A stretch of 64,000 bases of DNA from Octopus vulgaris (lineage: Eukaryota): contig OX597823.1 of the NCBI GenBank assembly GCA_951406725.2, positions 116,684,001-116,748,000 of the forward strand. The letters run 5' to 3'. A model generated the notes under the pieces. It ran no database searches and was not told where the DNA came from. It was given only the letters and a program-made list of their open reading frames with translations. The stretch's first letter is position 1. Each line of letters begins with the position of its first letter. Position numbers and translations under genes: made by a program. Positions 51,454 through 64,000 of the stretch are shown piece after piece.

Positions 51454-52544
51454 ATACTCTCTTCAGTACAGTACTTGGGCCATAAGAACCTAAACATGAC
51501 CCTCTTCCTACTCAACTCTATTCAAGCAGATCTATGGCCCAGGTGATAATGAGACCACTGAACAGAAGCGGTTTAATGCTCATGTCGTTTGTAGATCAAC
51601 CCCAGCAAACTGCCTTAAATTACCTTTAAATTTGGTTTTCTCATTTTATTGTTAGTATTGTCTAACTAATCTATATCAAGTCTAACCCATCTGCATCATG
51701 TCTAACCCATGCTGGCATGAAAACATGGATTTTAAATGAACAGTTGAACAAATTGTTATGTAACTGAAGAAATCCACAACAATTTACTGTTCTGATTGGT
51801 TACATAGAATCATTATGAAAACTACAATAAAGACTTGCTTCTATTTGTTTTCTATGATTAATCAATAATGTTTCTTTTTTAGAAGGAACCAGATTTTGGT
51901 TGAGAAGTTTTCTAGAAAATGTGATGAGAAAAGACAGGAAAAAAAAATAGGAAAAAAAGAATAATTTGAAAGTTTATTAGTTTCCTTTTGTTCTAAATCT
52001 TTATCTGTGAATAATTTGGATGGGTTTCTCTTTGAGTTATTGAATCTATTGAATTCTAATCTTTGACAGAAAAATCCTTATTTTGTTAAGTTAGATTAGT
52101 ATACTGCTGACTGATTCAAACTTAGCATCATTCTGTTACTAATTGATTTTCTTTGCGTAGGCAGCTTATTTCTTCTTGGCAAAGGCCTTGTCGATTGAAT
52201 TGACTTCACTAGATTACTGCCTCATATTTTATCAACCTCGGAGGAATGTAATACAATGGTGGTACCAGTGGAACTTGAACTATGAAATTATTGCAAATAA
52301 AAGAAATGACTTATTGGCACAGCATTTTTACTATTTCAGGCTATTCTACAGCAATTTATTTCAAAATTAAATAAGGAATGACCCCTATATTACTCTTCTT
52401 TCTATTTCAATAAATACCTGCCCACGATCAGTCTTGTTCCTTGGCTATATGCTAAACCATGTGCCTAACAGCTAGTTTACAAAATTAACTCTTGACAGGA
52501 TAACAGATAACAGAGAACAAAAAATGAGTGATATTATTTTGCTT

Positions 52545-52755
52545 TCAAGTCTTGGCACAAGGCCAGCAATTTCGGGGGTGGGGATAGGTTGATTAGATTG
52601 ACCCCAGAGCTCAACTGGTACTTATTTTATTGACCCTGAAAAGATGAAAGGCAAAAGTCAACTTTCATGGAATTTGAACTCTGAATGCAGAAGCAGATGA
52701 AATGCAATTAAGCATTTTGCCTGGTGTGCCAATGATTCTGCCAGCTCGCAGACTT
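52545..52755 (-). mobile_element. SINE family A (A2)
   Basis: Consensus match. Confidence 0.85.
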
Positions 52756-53030
52756 ATTTGGTAATGTTATTTTGACATAAAGAGAAAAGGAGTTTGATAT
52801 TATGTCCAAGACCATTCTCCAGCCATCCACAGTTGAATATTGATCAATGCTGCTGCACACACACACACATCCCACACCCACACTTGCATCAGGAACAGTG
52901 CTGCTTCATCTACTCACAGCTTAGCAAGCATCCACCACCACCAAAAAAAAACAAACAAACAGGCAATTCAACAGACTGGCATGAAATCAACACATCCCAT
53001 CTTCTGGCTCACAAATGTATTGGGATCACA

Positions 53031-53063
<33 letters not shown>

Positions 53064-53630
53064 TCTCTTTTTCTCTTATTTTCTCTCATTCTTTCTTGCT
53101 TGCTCTCTCATCATCATCTCTGTCTGTTTCTTTCTCTCTCTCATTCTCTCTTTCCCCCTCTCTGCTTTCCTACTGATACTAAAAAATGTTCTGTTCCTTG
53201 GAGCTAGCTTCTCTCACCCCACTCAAGTACTCTCAACTCACACACCTCTCCTCCACTCCACTCCAGACTAACCCTTAGTCTGTCCAATACGCTCTGCCCT
53301 ACACTAACCACTGCACATCACCCTAACTCCTCACAACATTATCCCTATGGAATTCTCTCTTTGCCCATGTCTTTCTTGTAATCATCAGCATCCAGCATCC
53401 ACCTCACTGATGTTAAGGACCCAGTGAAGCTCAGAGACACAACTCATTTCTTCAAACACAAACTAAAATTTTAAAAATTACCTCAAAGGTTTATAGCAGT
53501 GCAGCCTGCTCAATGATGAGGTATGTTTTATGCAGCCTTCTTCTCAAAAATGGTTGCTCATTCCTACTCTACCATCTTCAAAATAATGAACAATATATTG
53601 GATTATGTAATTCAAAATATACAACCAGTA

Positions 53631-53741
53631 GCCATATCAAGTTGAAAGCACCGGTTCTCATCCAATTACTGAAGTTAAGCAACGTCGAGCTTAGTTAGTA
53701 CTTAGATGGGTGACCGCTTGGGAAACCTAGGTGCTGTAAGC
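53631..53741 (+). pseudogene. 5S rRNA-derived copy (pseudogene or SINE3-type head)
   Basis: GCCATATCAAGTTGAAAGCACCGGTTCTC...GAAGTTAAGCAACGTCGAGC...TTAGTACTTAGATGGGTGACCGCTTGGGAA...GTGCTGTAAGC. It lacks the first few nucleotides and the oligo-T terminator and shows CpG-type substitutions. Confidence 0.9.
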
Positions 53742-53744
53742 GTC

Positions 53745-54120
53745 ACTCTATAGGCACAGGAGTGGCTGTGTGGTAAGTAGCTAGCTTACCAACCACATGG
53801 TTCCGGGATCAGTCCCACTGCGTGGTACCTTGGGCAAGTGTCTTCTACTATAGCCTTGGGTCGACCAAAGACTTGTGAGTGGATTTGGTAGACAGTAACT
53901 GAAAGAAGTCTATTGTATATATGTGTGTGTGTGTTTGTTCACCCACCATTGCATGACAACCGATGTTGATGTGATTATGTCCTGGTAACTTAGCGGTTTG
54001 GCAAAAGAGATTGATAGAATAAGTACTAGGCTTACAAAGAATACGTCATGGGGTTGAGTTTTTTAACTAAAGATGGTGCCCCAGCATGGCCGCAGTCAAA
54101 TGACTGAAACAAATAAAAGA
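53745..54120 (+). mobile_element. SINE family B abutting the 5S copy
   Basis: Consensus match starting within a few bases of the 5S 3' end. Confidence 0.9.
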
Positions 54121-55719
54121 AATTGTTGAAGTATAACCAATTAATTGCACATGAATTTTAATGACAAAATCTTATACAGACCCCTAAGTGTCAAGAGGAC
54201 CCCAGTTGCCCACAAATTTCCACTTATTTTTATTTTCCTAAAATGTTTGTTGCGTCTTGCAACCTTTTCAATAGTCTTGACTCTCTTTTATTGTTATTGT
54301 TGTGGGTGGTGTTGTTGGTAGGGGTGTGAACGATGTGGTTGTTATCGTTGTGTGTGGGATGTTCTTGTTGTTATTGTTGCTGTTGTCATCGTTAATGTTG
54401 TTGTTATAATAGTTGTTTCTGTTTTGTACGCTTGTGTTGTTGTTGTTATAGTTGTCTGAGTGAGGAATGTTGTCATTGTTGTTGTTATTGCCACTATTGT
54501 TGTCATCAACACTGCTATTGTTATTGTTTTGGTTTTGTATGTTTGTGTTGTTGTTGTTGTATTGTCCTAACCTCCATCTTTATTTTAAGAACGTTTCTTC
54601 AATTTCAGACAGACAATCCATTTTTCTGACCTTTTTATATGTAGCGAATTTTGGTGGTAACTCTAAAGACTATTGAAAAGGTTGCAAGACACAATGAAAA
54701 TTTTAGGAAAATAAAAATAAGAAATAAGTGGAAATTTTATCAGTGAGTGAGTTACATTATAAGGTACAAAAAGAAAATTACTCTCCCCAGACACAACAGA
54801 ACCCAATACATGTAAATAAATAAAGTAATAAGGATAAATGTTTCTGTGGAAAAACAAAAAAAAAAAGAAAATGAACTGAAAGAGATGATCTCTGATTGGC
54901 TATTACACTTCAAAACCAACCATTCACAATGTTTGTTTCATTGGGCTGATGTTTCACTTGGGCAGATAGTTTGAACTGGATGTCCCAAGAAAGTTAAGCA
55001 TCAAATGGTTATGTAGGTCCATCTGAGTGAAACAGGAATCAAAGCGGTCCATAGGTAAAAAATGGTTGAGAACCGAGATAAAGCATGACTAATACAAGAC
55101 AATGTGGGTAAGGATAAGTAACCATTACATTTGACATAGTAATCCGAATGCTGAAGGGTTAAATAGCAACTAGAGAAAAAAGCCCCACGTGGAAGGCATA
55201 ACTGCATTAGAGACAGATCCCTTCTGTTTTTGATTAAAAAAATGGGTCTATGTGAAATATTAGTGGATTTTTTTCCACTTAGAACCAAACATACGGTATA
55301 TTTATTTCTAACGATTCTAGCCAATTTCTTTCATGACCACCACCACTACTCTGTCTATCCCTCCCTCTCTCTCTCTTTTCTCTCCCCTCATCTCTCTCTC
55401 TCAGTTCCTCTAATTGCATTCAAACCCACCCCAAACTCTACTGACCGGCAATTCTAAACAGCAATATTTTGTATGTAAAAGGATACAGTTATGTTTCACT
55501 CTGCCAAACTTAACAATGTTCAATGATTTAATAATAGAGATAAAGATTGTAAGAACTGAATAAAGACACATTGTTCTTCAGTTATAGAACTACGCCTCCA
55601 TCGCTACAAACTGGGTATCAATGTCTGAACTACAAGATAAGTAGATAAAGACAAATCATAGGTGACCGTTACAGAAGATTAATGGAGCCACACCCCTCGT
55701 ATATAGGTGTGTTTGTGTG

Positions 55720-55803
55720 TATATATGAATGTATATATGCATATCATATTTATGTATATATGTATGTGCATGTTGTATCTATGTCTGTCAAGCACACACA
55801 CTC

Positions 55804-55837
<34 letters not shown>

Positions 55838-55876
55838 GTAAGTATGTATATATATGTATGTATATATATGTATATG

Positions 55877-55922
<46 letters not shown>

Positions 55923-56064
55923 TATATGTATGTATATGTATGTATGTATATGTATGTATGTATGTATATATATGTATGTATATGTATATATATATATGTA
56001 TATATATATATGTATGTATATGTATATATATGTATATATATGTATGTATATATGTATATATATG

Positions 56065-56116
<52 letters not shown>

Positions 56117-56169
56117 TGTATATTTATATGTATATAATGTATATATATATATGTGTATATATATATATG

Positions 56170-56215
<46 letters not shown>

Positions 56216-56240
56216 TTATACATACATATGTATACATATA
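55720..56240. repeat. (TA)/(TATG) microsatellite
   Basis: Direct reading. Confidence 0.95.
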
Positions 56241-56572
56241 CTTATATTGTTTTGTCTCATCTATCTTACCTTTGTCTCCAAGGTCAATATTTTAATATAT
56301 TTATTCTTTCATCCTTTCATTTCTATCTTTTATAACAGAAATATTGAAATATTTTAGAAGACAGCTTAGTCTAAGAGCATTACTTATTTGGTTATCTCAC
56401 TAATTTCACCATTCTACTGTTTACCAAACTCTTGTTATCAGTATTGGTTTTTGTTTTCCTTTATATTCAGAACAGAACTCCTTTTGTATATGACCTCCTC
56501 TCTATTGAGGACCTGTTATTGTAAACTATCATTTTGTAATGCAATATCTTTTACAATTAAATGAAATATCTA

Positions 56573-57500
<928 letters not shown>

Positions 57501-58074
57501 TATATACCTGTCTGTGTAGCTGCCAGTCTACATTTTTATATATTATCTGTCTATCTTTCTATCCATCCATCTGTCTATCTTTCGATCTATCTGTCTGTCT
57601 CTCGGTTAGTCTGATGTCTGATTGATAAAGAGAAACTTCATAGTTCAATCGACCTCGCTATTCAGCTGACAGAATGTTGACAGACAAATGTAAAGTTGGC
57701 AGTTTCTGAACACAATGAAACAAAAACCCAGTAAGAATAAACAATTCCTAGTAACCTTGTGACATAGTGACTTTGTGGCCAAGTAAGCTAGTGACCTTTT
57801 CATTTAGTGTCCTAGTGGTAGTTGTTGACTTAGAAGCTGGAGGGTCAACAATAAGCATTTTAGTGAATTTTATCCAGTTCTGTGTTATCTTAACGAGCTT
57901 TTCTTACCATCTCCATTGTTACAAAGCCACAAGCTGTAGTGAATGGAGTAGAGTGGAGTTAATGACATCAACTTTTCCGCTGCCATAACGCTGCTCTTCC
58001 ATTGCTATTACACTGCTCTTCCACTGCCATTACACTGTTCTTCTATATCATTGCACTGCAATTCTACTGCCTTT

Positions 58075-58885
58075 ATGATAATAATAATACTGAAATTATT
58101 GTATACAGTGCTCAGGTGCACCACAACTTATCAAAGTTGCGTATAAAGCATATGCAGTAATGTACAAATGTCTGGGAAATGAACAGTGTATGAGTCAAAT
58201 ACATGCTTGCGTGTGTATGGAGGGGAGAAAATCAGGTGTAGTGTTGGCGAATCTCAGGAAGCATGGAAGTTTTGAATAATGCAGTGCTCCGACAACTAGC
58301 AACTGATGCTGGCAGTTTGTTCCATACTTCAGCAACACTTTGCGTGAAAAAATGTTTCCGAAAGTCATGGGAGCTGTGCTGTTGTCTGACTTTGTAAACA
58401 TGTCCACAGGTGGAGTTTGAAAAGGTGCTCAGAGTTATTGTTTGTAAGATGGTTAATAATTTTATGGGTGTCTGCCAAGTCAGCTGCCAGACATTGGAGT
58501 TTCAATGTATCCATGCCCAGGGAAGTGTGAAGGCACATGATTTTGTGGTTAGAGCAGCGGACTCGCAGTCAAGGGATTGCAGGTTCGAATCACAGACTGG
58601 GCGATGTGTGTGTTTATGAGCGAAACACCTAAGCTCCACGCGGCTCCGGCAGAAGGTATTGGCGAACTTCTGCTAACTCTTTCGCCACACTTCCTATCAC
58701 TCTTTCCACCTGTGACGGACCGGCGTCCCATCAAGGTGAGGAACCTATACACTAAGGAAACCGGGAAACCGGCCCTATGAGCCTGGCATGGCTTGAGAAG
58801 GAACATGCCCAGGGAAGTAAGGCGTTCAGAATATGGCAAATGTCTGATGGAGCGTATTCTCTTATGCTGCTCTTTCATTGCCAAT
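58075..58885 (-). mobile_element. CR1/L2-group LINE 3' end split by a SINE
   Basis: KRIRSIRHLPYSERLTSLGM | ...GHVYKVRQQHSSHDFRKHFFTQSVAEVWNKLP, with a (TAT)n-type tail near 58075-58088. Confidence 0.85.
58527..58803 (+). mobile_element. tRNA-derived SINE family C
   Basis: GTGGTTAGAGCAGCGGACTCGCAG...GGTTCGAATC head. 15-bp TSD CATGCCCAGGGAAGT at 58512-58526 and 58804-58818. Confidence 0.9.
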
Positions 58886-58966
58886 TTACTATCATTTCAC
58901 TCACTCATACATAGAATAATACATATTTGTGTACATACAAATACATACATATTTGCAGACACTTTC

Positions 58967-59392
58967 AGGCGTAGGCTTGGCTGTGTGGTAAGAAGCTTGC
59001 TTCCCAACCACATGGTTCTGAGTTCAGACCCACTGCGATAGCTTGGGCAAGTGTCTTCTACAATAGCTTCAGACCTTGTGAGTGAATTCGATAGACAGAA
59101 ACTGAGAGAAGCCTATTGTATTTATATATATGAGTCTCTGTGTGTGTGTGTGTGTGTGTGTGCGTGCGCGCATTTTTGTGTCTGTGTTTGTCCCCACCAA
59201 TGTCATCGCTTGACAATTGTTGTTTGTGTGTTTAGGTGCCCCGCAACTTAGCAGTTCAGTGAAATAGACTGATAGAATAAGTATCAGGCTTAAAAAGCAA
59301 AATAAGTTCTGGGGTCAATTCGTTCAACTAGGAATTCTTCAAAGTGGTGCCCCAGCATGGCCGCAGTCTAATTACTGAAACAAGTAAAAGAG
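58967..59392 (+). mobile_element. SINE family B, diverged
   Basis: Consensus match. Confidence 0.85.
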
Positions 59393-59574
59393 AAAACAAA
59401 ACAAAGGAGAAAGAAAAGAGGTCAGAGCAGATTATCTTATTCTTTCTGGTGCTTGACCGAAACATTGGTTTTATGTTGAAAGGTTGAAAGGGATAAGGTA
59501 ACTTATCAGGTATACTGGGCTTCGTACAATTGTACCCCAGTGTCACTTTGATGGCATGCACTGCTCTCTCACTC

Positions 59575-59609
<35 letters not shown>

Positions 59610-59631
59610 TAGTCATATATATATATATATC

Positions 59632-59778
59632 AGTTCCTGTCTATCAGATCCACCCATAAGGCTGTGGTAGACCCAGGTATATAGAAGACATTTTCCCAAT
59701 GTGCCACGCTCTAGGATTGAGCTCAGAACCCTGTAGCTGGGAAGCAAATTTCTTGCCCCACAGCCATTCCCACACCTA
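59632..59778 (-). mobile_element. SINE family B 5' fragment, old
   Basis: Reverse complement of the head and core. Confidence 0.65.
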
Positions 59779-60309
59779 TAATAGACAGAAGATTTGTTAT
59801 GTAGACAAAGGCTTGGAAATCTACAACATTGGAGAATTTTATTCCAAGATGTCCATTGCCTTCCTCGGATAATACAGACATTATTAGTTTGAATGAAGTG
59901 GTATCGAGATCCTAACTTTGTTTCGTCCGTTGCCGTCTGCTTCCTTGGTTGGTGTTGGTGAGAAAGAGAATGTTTTCTCACTAGTCTGGCTCCTGTGAAA
60001 CTGTTCCATTTTAAATTGTTCCACTAAATATTATATTGGCTTCATCCTGCTGCTGCTGCTGACTCATCCACAAAACTTTTAGCTGCCAAGAAATCAGGAA
60101 ATCCATTTTATTTGGCACCAAAGTCAGATATCTGAAAAATATATCAAGAGTCTTGATAGCTCCACATGTGGGGGGGGGGGGGGCAGGCAATAAGAGGTCA
60201 ATAATTGAAATAAGTAGTAGTAGCAGCAGTGGCAGCAGCAACAGTGGTAATGAGGATTATAATGCCGTTCTTGTGGATAATGATTATTATAGCTTCTTAA
60301 ATATATTTA

Positions 60310-60680
60310 AACATCACATATATTTGTAATAATGATAAGCAATATCTTGTTGATAATAACAATAATAATGATCATGATAATAATCATCATCATCATCATT
60401 AATAATAATAATAATAATGATGATGATAATTATAATTATTATTATTATTATTATGATAATGAAAATAACAGTACAAGTAGTAGTAGTAGTAGTAGTACTT
60501 GTTGTAGCAACAATAATGATAATAATAATTTGCTTCATTGGAACAAAGCCACAAATTTATAAGAAGTGTAGTTGTTACTGTAATGGTAACAGCAGCAACA
60601 GTAATCAGTAACAACAACAGAAACAATAAAAGCAGCAATAGCAGCAACGTCAACAACAACAATAATAATAATAATCTCAA
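60310..60680. repeat. Mixed trinucleotide tract (AAT/CAT/TAG/AAC)
   Basis: Direct reading. Confidence 0.9.
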
Positions 60681-61069
60681 GAAAAATCAGAGAAAGTGCG
60701 ATAGATATGCCACTTTTTTATTGACCATTATGCTTGCCAACAAACAAGCACACGCATACAGACAAACGTGTACATGCACACACACACACACACACATGCA
60801 CACACACTTGCAGACACTTTCAAATACACAATACTGCTTACACAGAGGCAGACAAGAAGTTTTCTAATTGCTTGTTATGTAATGTTCTCGTTTGTAAGTT
60901 GACAAATGAGTTCTGTCTAAACAAGAACTTACAACGGATGTAATTATGGAACACAAAATTATTTTATATTTCTGCTGTTTTACGATTGTTTGTTTTCGAG
61001 AGGTGATGAGACTCACTGGCTGTGGAAAGTTGTTACACTAACGGCTGATGGGCAGCAGTTTAGATATCG

Positions 61070-61238
61070 ATTTCTAATACGGATGCAAGACCGCATATTT
61101 GGAGGGTGGGCTGGAATAGATTAACCCCCACCCAGAACTCAACAGGAATTATTTTACTGACCCCCCCTTCCCACCCACCCCCACCGCAAAAGGATGAAAG
61201 GAAAAGTTAACCTGAGTGGGGTTTGAACTCAGAACTTA
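61070..61238 (-). mobile_element. SINE family A (A2), decayed
   Basis: AAAGGATGAAAGG...TTTGAACTCAGAAC. Confidence 0.65.
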
Positions 61239-61248
61239 AAAGTTCACA

Positions 61249-61414
61249 AGGTGTAGGAGTGGCTGTGTGGTAAGTAGCTTGCTTACCAACCACATGGTTC
61301 CGGGTTCAGTCCCACTGTGTGGCACCTTGGGCAAGTGTCTTCTACTATAGCCTCAGGGCAACCAAAGCCTTGTGAGTGGATTTGGTAGACGGAAACTGAA
61401 AGAAGCCCGTCGTA

Positions 61415-61457
<43 letters not shown>

Positions 61458-61655
61458 GTGTGTCTGTGTTTGTCCCCACAACATCGCTTGACAACCGATG
61501 CTGGTGTGTTTACATCCCTGTAACTTATCGGTTCGGCAAAAGAGACTGATAGAATAATTACTAGGCTTACAAAGAATAAGTCCTGGAGTTGATTTGCTCA
61601 ACTAAAGTCGGTGCTCCAGCACGGCCATAGTCAAATGACTGAAACAAGTAAATGA
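61249..61655 (+). mobile_element. SINE family B
   Basis: Consensus match. Confidence 0.92.
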
Positions 61656-61726
61656 GTAAGTAACTACTACAAAACATCTTGTACATGGCTCTTATGATTC
61701 TCTCTATCCACTACCCTAAGTTGAAG

Positions 61727-62010
61727 TGGAGGCACATGGCCTTGTGGCTAGAGCGGTGGACTTGCAGTTGAGGGATCGTGGGTTCGAATCTCAGACCAGG
61801 CAATGTGTATGTTTATGAGTGAAACACCTAAGCTCCATGCGGCTCTAGCAAACTTCTGCTGACTCTTGTGCCACAACTTTCTCTCACTCTTTCCTCCTGC
61901 ATCTTGCAGCTCACCTGCAACAGACCAGCATCCCGTCCAGGTGGGGAACCTATACGCCAAGGAAACTGGCCTTTATGAGCCAGGCATGGCTCAACAAGGA
62001 ACAAACAACT
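61727..62010 (+). mobile_element. SINE family C
   Basis: Homologous to 58527-58803 with an AAC-type tail. Confidence 0.88.
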
Positions 62011-62766
62011 AGCCACAGTTGTTTAAATATGACTACAGATATTGCGTTATAGTAGATCCAGGCATATAATTCTAATTGGCTCAGTACTCTAGACTGACAA
62101 ATACTTTCTACTCCTGCTTTAGCAATCAAGAGTATACTTAATTTTTAAAATATTTCCATTAAAATTATACAAATGTTAAAATTTTTGAAGCTATATCTAT
62201 AACAAAGATGCCAAAAGAATTGAGCAGTATATGGTAACCCATCTGTTTAGGAGGGTAGGAATTCTGAATAAAAATTGAATTGGACTATGTGGACATTTCT
62301 GACCCATGCCAATATAAAAAGTGGACATAAAACAATTATAATATATATACATATAGTGAAAAGGTTCAATAAAAAATTTTTCGACAGGGTGAATTGTAGT
62401 GAAAAATATATAAAGAAGCAAAATACACAGAAATTTTACATTGGACAAAAAATATATTTTTTATGAAATAATATATTCACATTGTCAACCGGTTTCATTT
62501 CTGTTAATCATGACTAAAAAGTTAGTGATAATGTTAGAATTTCATGCTATCATAGAAAGTTTTTATTTATTCCATGTTAGTAGGATGAAGGATATTTTGT
62601 AAATGAATCAGAAGGCAACAAAAAGAAAAAGGCAACATGAATAGCATCTGACTTAAAATCCTGCCTCAAATAAATCTCTGCCTAAATCCATGCTAGAATA
62701 GGAAAATAGATATCAGACAATCAGATCAGATCCCATTCATCCAGACATGAAAGTATGACTTTGAAT

Positions 62767-62767
<1 letters not shown>

Positions 62768-62862
<95 letters not shown>
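62768..62862. repeat. (CA)n(CT)n(CA)n microsatellite
   Basis: Direct reading. Confidence 0.95.
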
Positions 62863-62863
<1 letters not shown>

Positions 62864-63039
62864 TTTGATCATTATATATCCTATAAGGCATAAACATCGA
62901 TTCAATTTATAAATATTTATAACAAACTATCATGAGTAGAGAAGTGTAAGCTTGATGGACAGAGGGTAGTTGGAGTGACAGTAACTGTGGTGGAGTAGCT
63001 TGGCTACCCCACCTACATCTTCTGTAAAGGAGAACTGAA

Positions 63040-64000
63040 GCAAGCTATGAGACCCATAAGGAAAAGATACCCAGGGGAGCTTGCATAAGGAAGAGCACCT
63101 TAAACAGACGGACCAGAAGACAACACTGGACAGTGAAACAATAGCTGAGAAGAATGGACCGTTGAAAGATCAGTGCATCTGCAGTGAGGCCTGAAAGACC
63201 ATAAGAGGCTTGAGAATTGACCAAAGCCAGGATGAGATGTTGGACAGCAGAAATGATAAGAGAGTGCACAGAAGAGTTTGGTGAGATGCAGAAGGAGCCT
63301 GAGCTGGAGTCAAACCACAGTGTCCAGAGCCTGTATGGGTCACCCAAGCCACTGCTTGTGGCTTTATAGCTGATTTACTGGTTGACTGTAGTCACATGAC
63401 CCAACCAAGGATCTAGTGACCCCATCCATTGAAGATATCTGAGTGGTTGCAGTTTGTCAAGGATGTCGATTGAATATTAGAAAGGGCTGCCAAGAGATAT
63501 CTGAACAACAGGTTGAAAACAATTGCCCACATCATAGTAAACTTTAACGCTGGGCATTTTGGGACCAGGTCCATACCATCAGCCTATGCACTTGACAGCA
63601 GAGCAATGAAAATCCAGCATCTCAGGCAAGAGCTTAAATCATTCAGGAAAGAATGCAAGAAACAGTGGAGGTTGAAATGGCTAGTGTGGCAGATCTTCAG
63701 GCAATCCTCAGGAAGGAGCATATGATATTGTTGAGAGCAGAGAGCCATAAAATGTGATAAAGAGAAAGAGCAAAGAAGAGAACTGCATTCTTGGCTAAAC
63801 CCTGCAGATTGACAAAGCAGCTTCTCAGTCAGAAAACTGATTGGTTGATCTGTTCCAAGGACTCTATTAATAAGCAAGTCATGAGTGTTTGCAGTGACAG
63901 TGAGAGAGACCAACCACCGAGCCACACGCAAGTCACAGCATCATCAGGACCAACAATAAGATTCAACTAGAAAGAAAGATCTTTACCTGAGAGAAGTGGA
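63040..64000 (+). mobile_element. R2-Hero/NeSL-type non-LTR retrotransposon, decayed N-terminal ORF region running off the window
   Basis: Plus-strand remnants across frames: RGLRID..ARMRC (zinc-finger region), QKEPELESNHSVQSL, EWLQFVKDVD*ILE...RLKTIAHIIVNF...HFG, KIQHLRQELKSFRK, LQAILRKEHMILLRAESH...RERAKKRTAFLA, TKQLLSQK. Confidence 0.75.

Noticed and set aside
53631-53741. Functional 5S rRNA gene
   Set aside because: Solitary, 5' end missing so helix I cannot form, no terminator, and several substitutions.
58527-58600. tRNA genes at the SINE heads
   Set aside because: A and B boxes are present but there is no complete cloverleaf. Each continues into a SINE body, several with TSDs.

Overview
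This is AT-rich eukaryotic non-coding DNA with no convincing host protein-coding exon. The SINE families, the mollusc-type 5S sequence and the microsatellite load suggest an octopod cephalopod, which is an inference from recalled repeats. Recognisable sequence is mostly nested, decayed transposable elements. There are three tRNA-type SINE families (here A, B and C) and non-LTR fragments of the CR1/L2, RTE, Penelope-like and R2-Hero groups. DNA elements include Tc1/mariner, pogo-like and piggyBac-like remnants and MITEs, a fossil autonomous Helitron (Rep plus PIF1 helicase) and several non-autonomous Helitrons. A solo LTR and a 5S rRNA-derived copy are also present. Most ORFs in the supplied track are microsatellite artefacts. 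I see no intact novel gene system. The most interesting signals concern retroelement modularity and structure: a 5S-SINE fusion, a SINE/LINE shared 3' hairpin with covarying stems, a SINE dimer under one target-site duplication (TSD), a twin-priming-like RTE inversion, a repeated pseudoknot-like RTE 3'UTR motif, a multi-kb inverted duplication built on a fold-back mariner, and a near-perfect 119-bp-arm palindrome with a hammerhead-like core. All family assignments are by eye, without database searches, and the boundaries of decayed elements are approximate.
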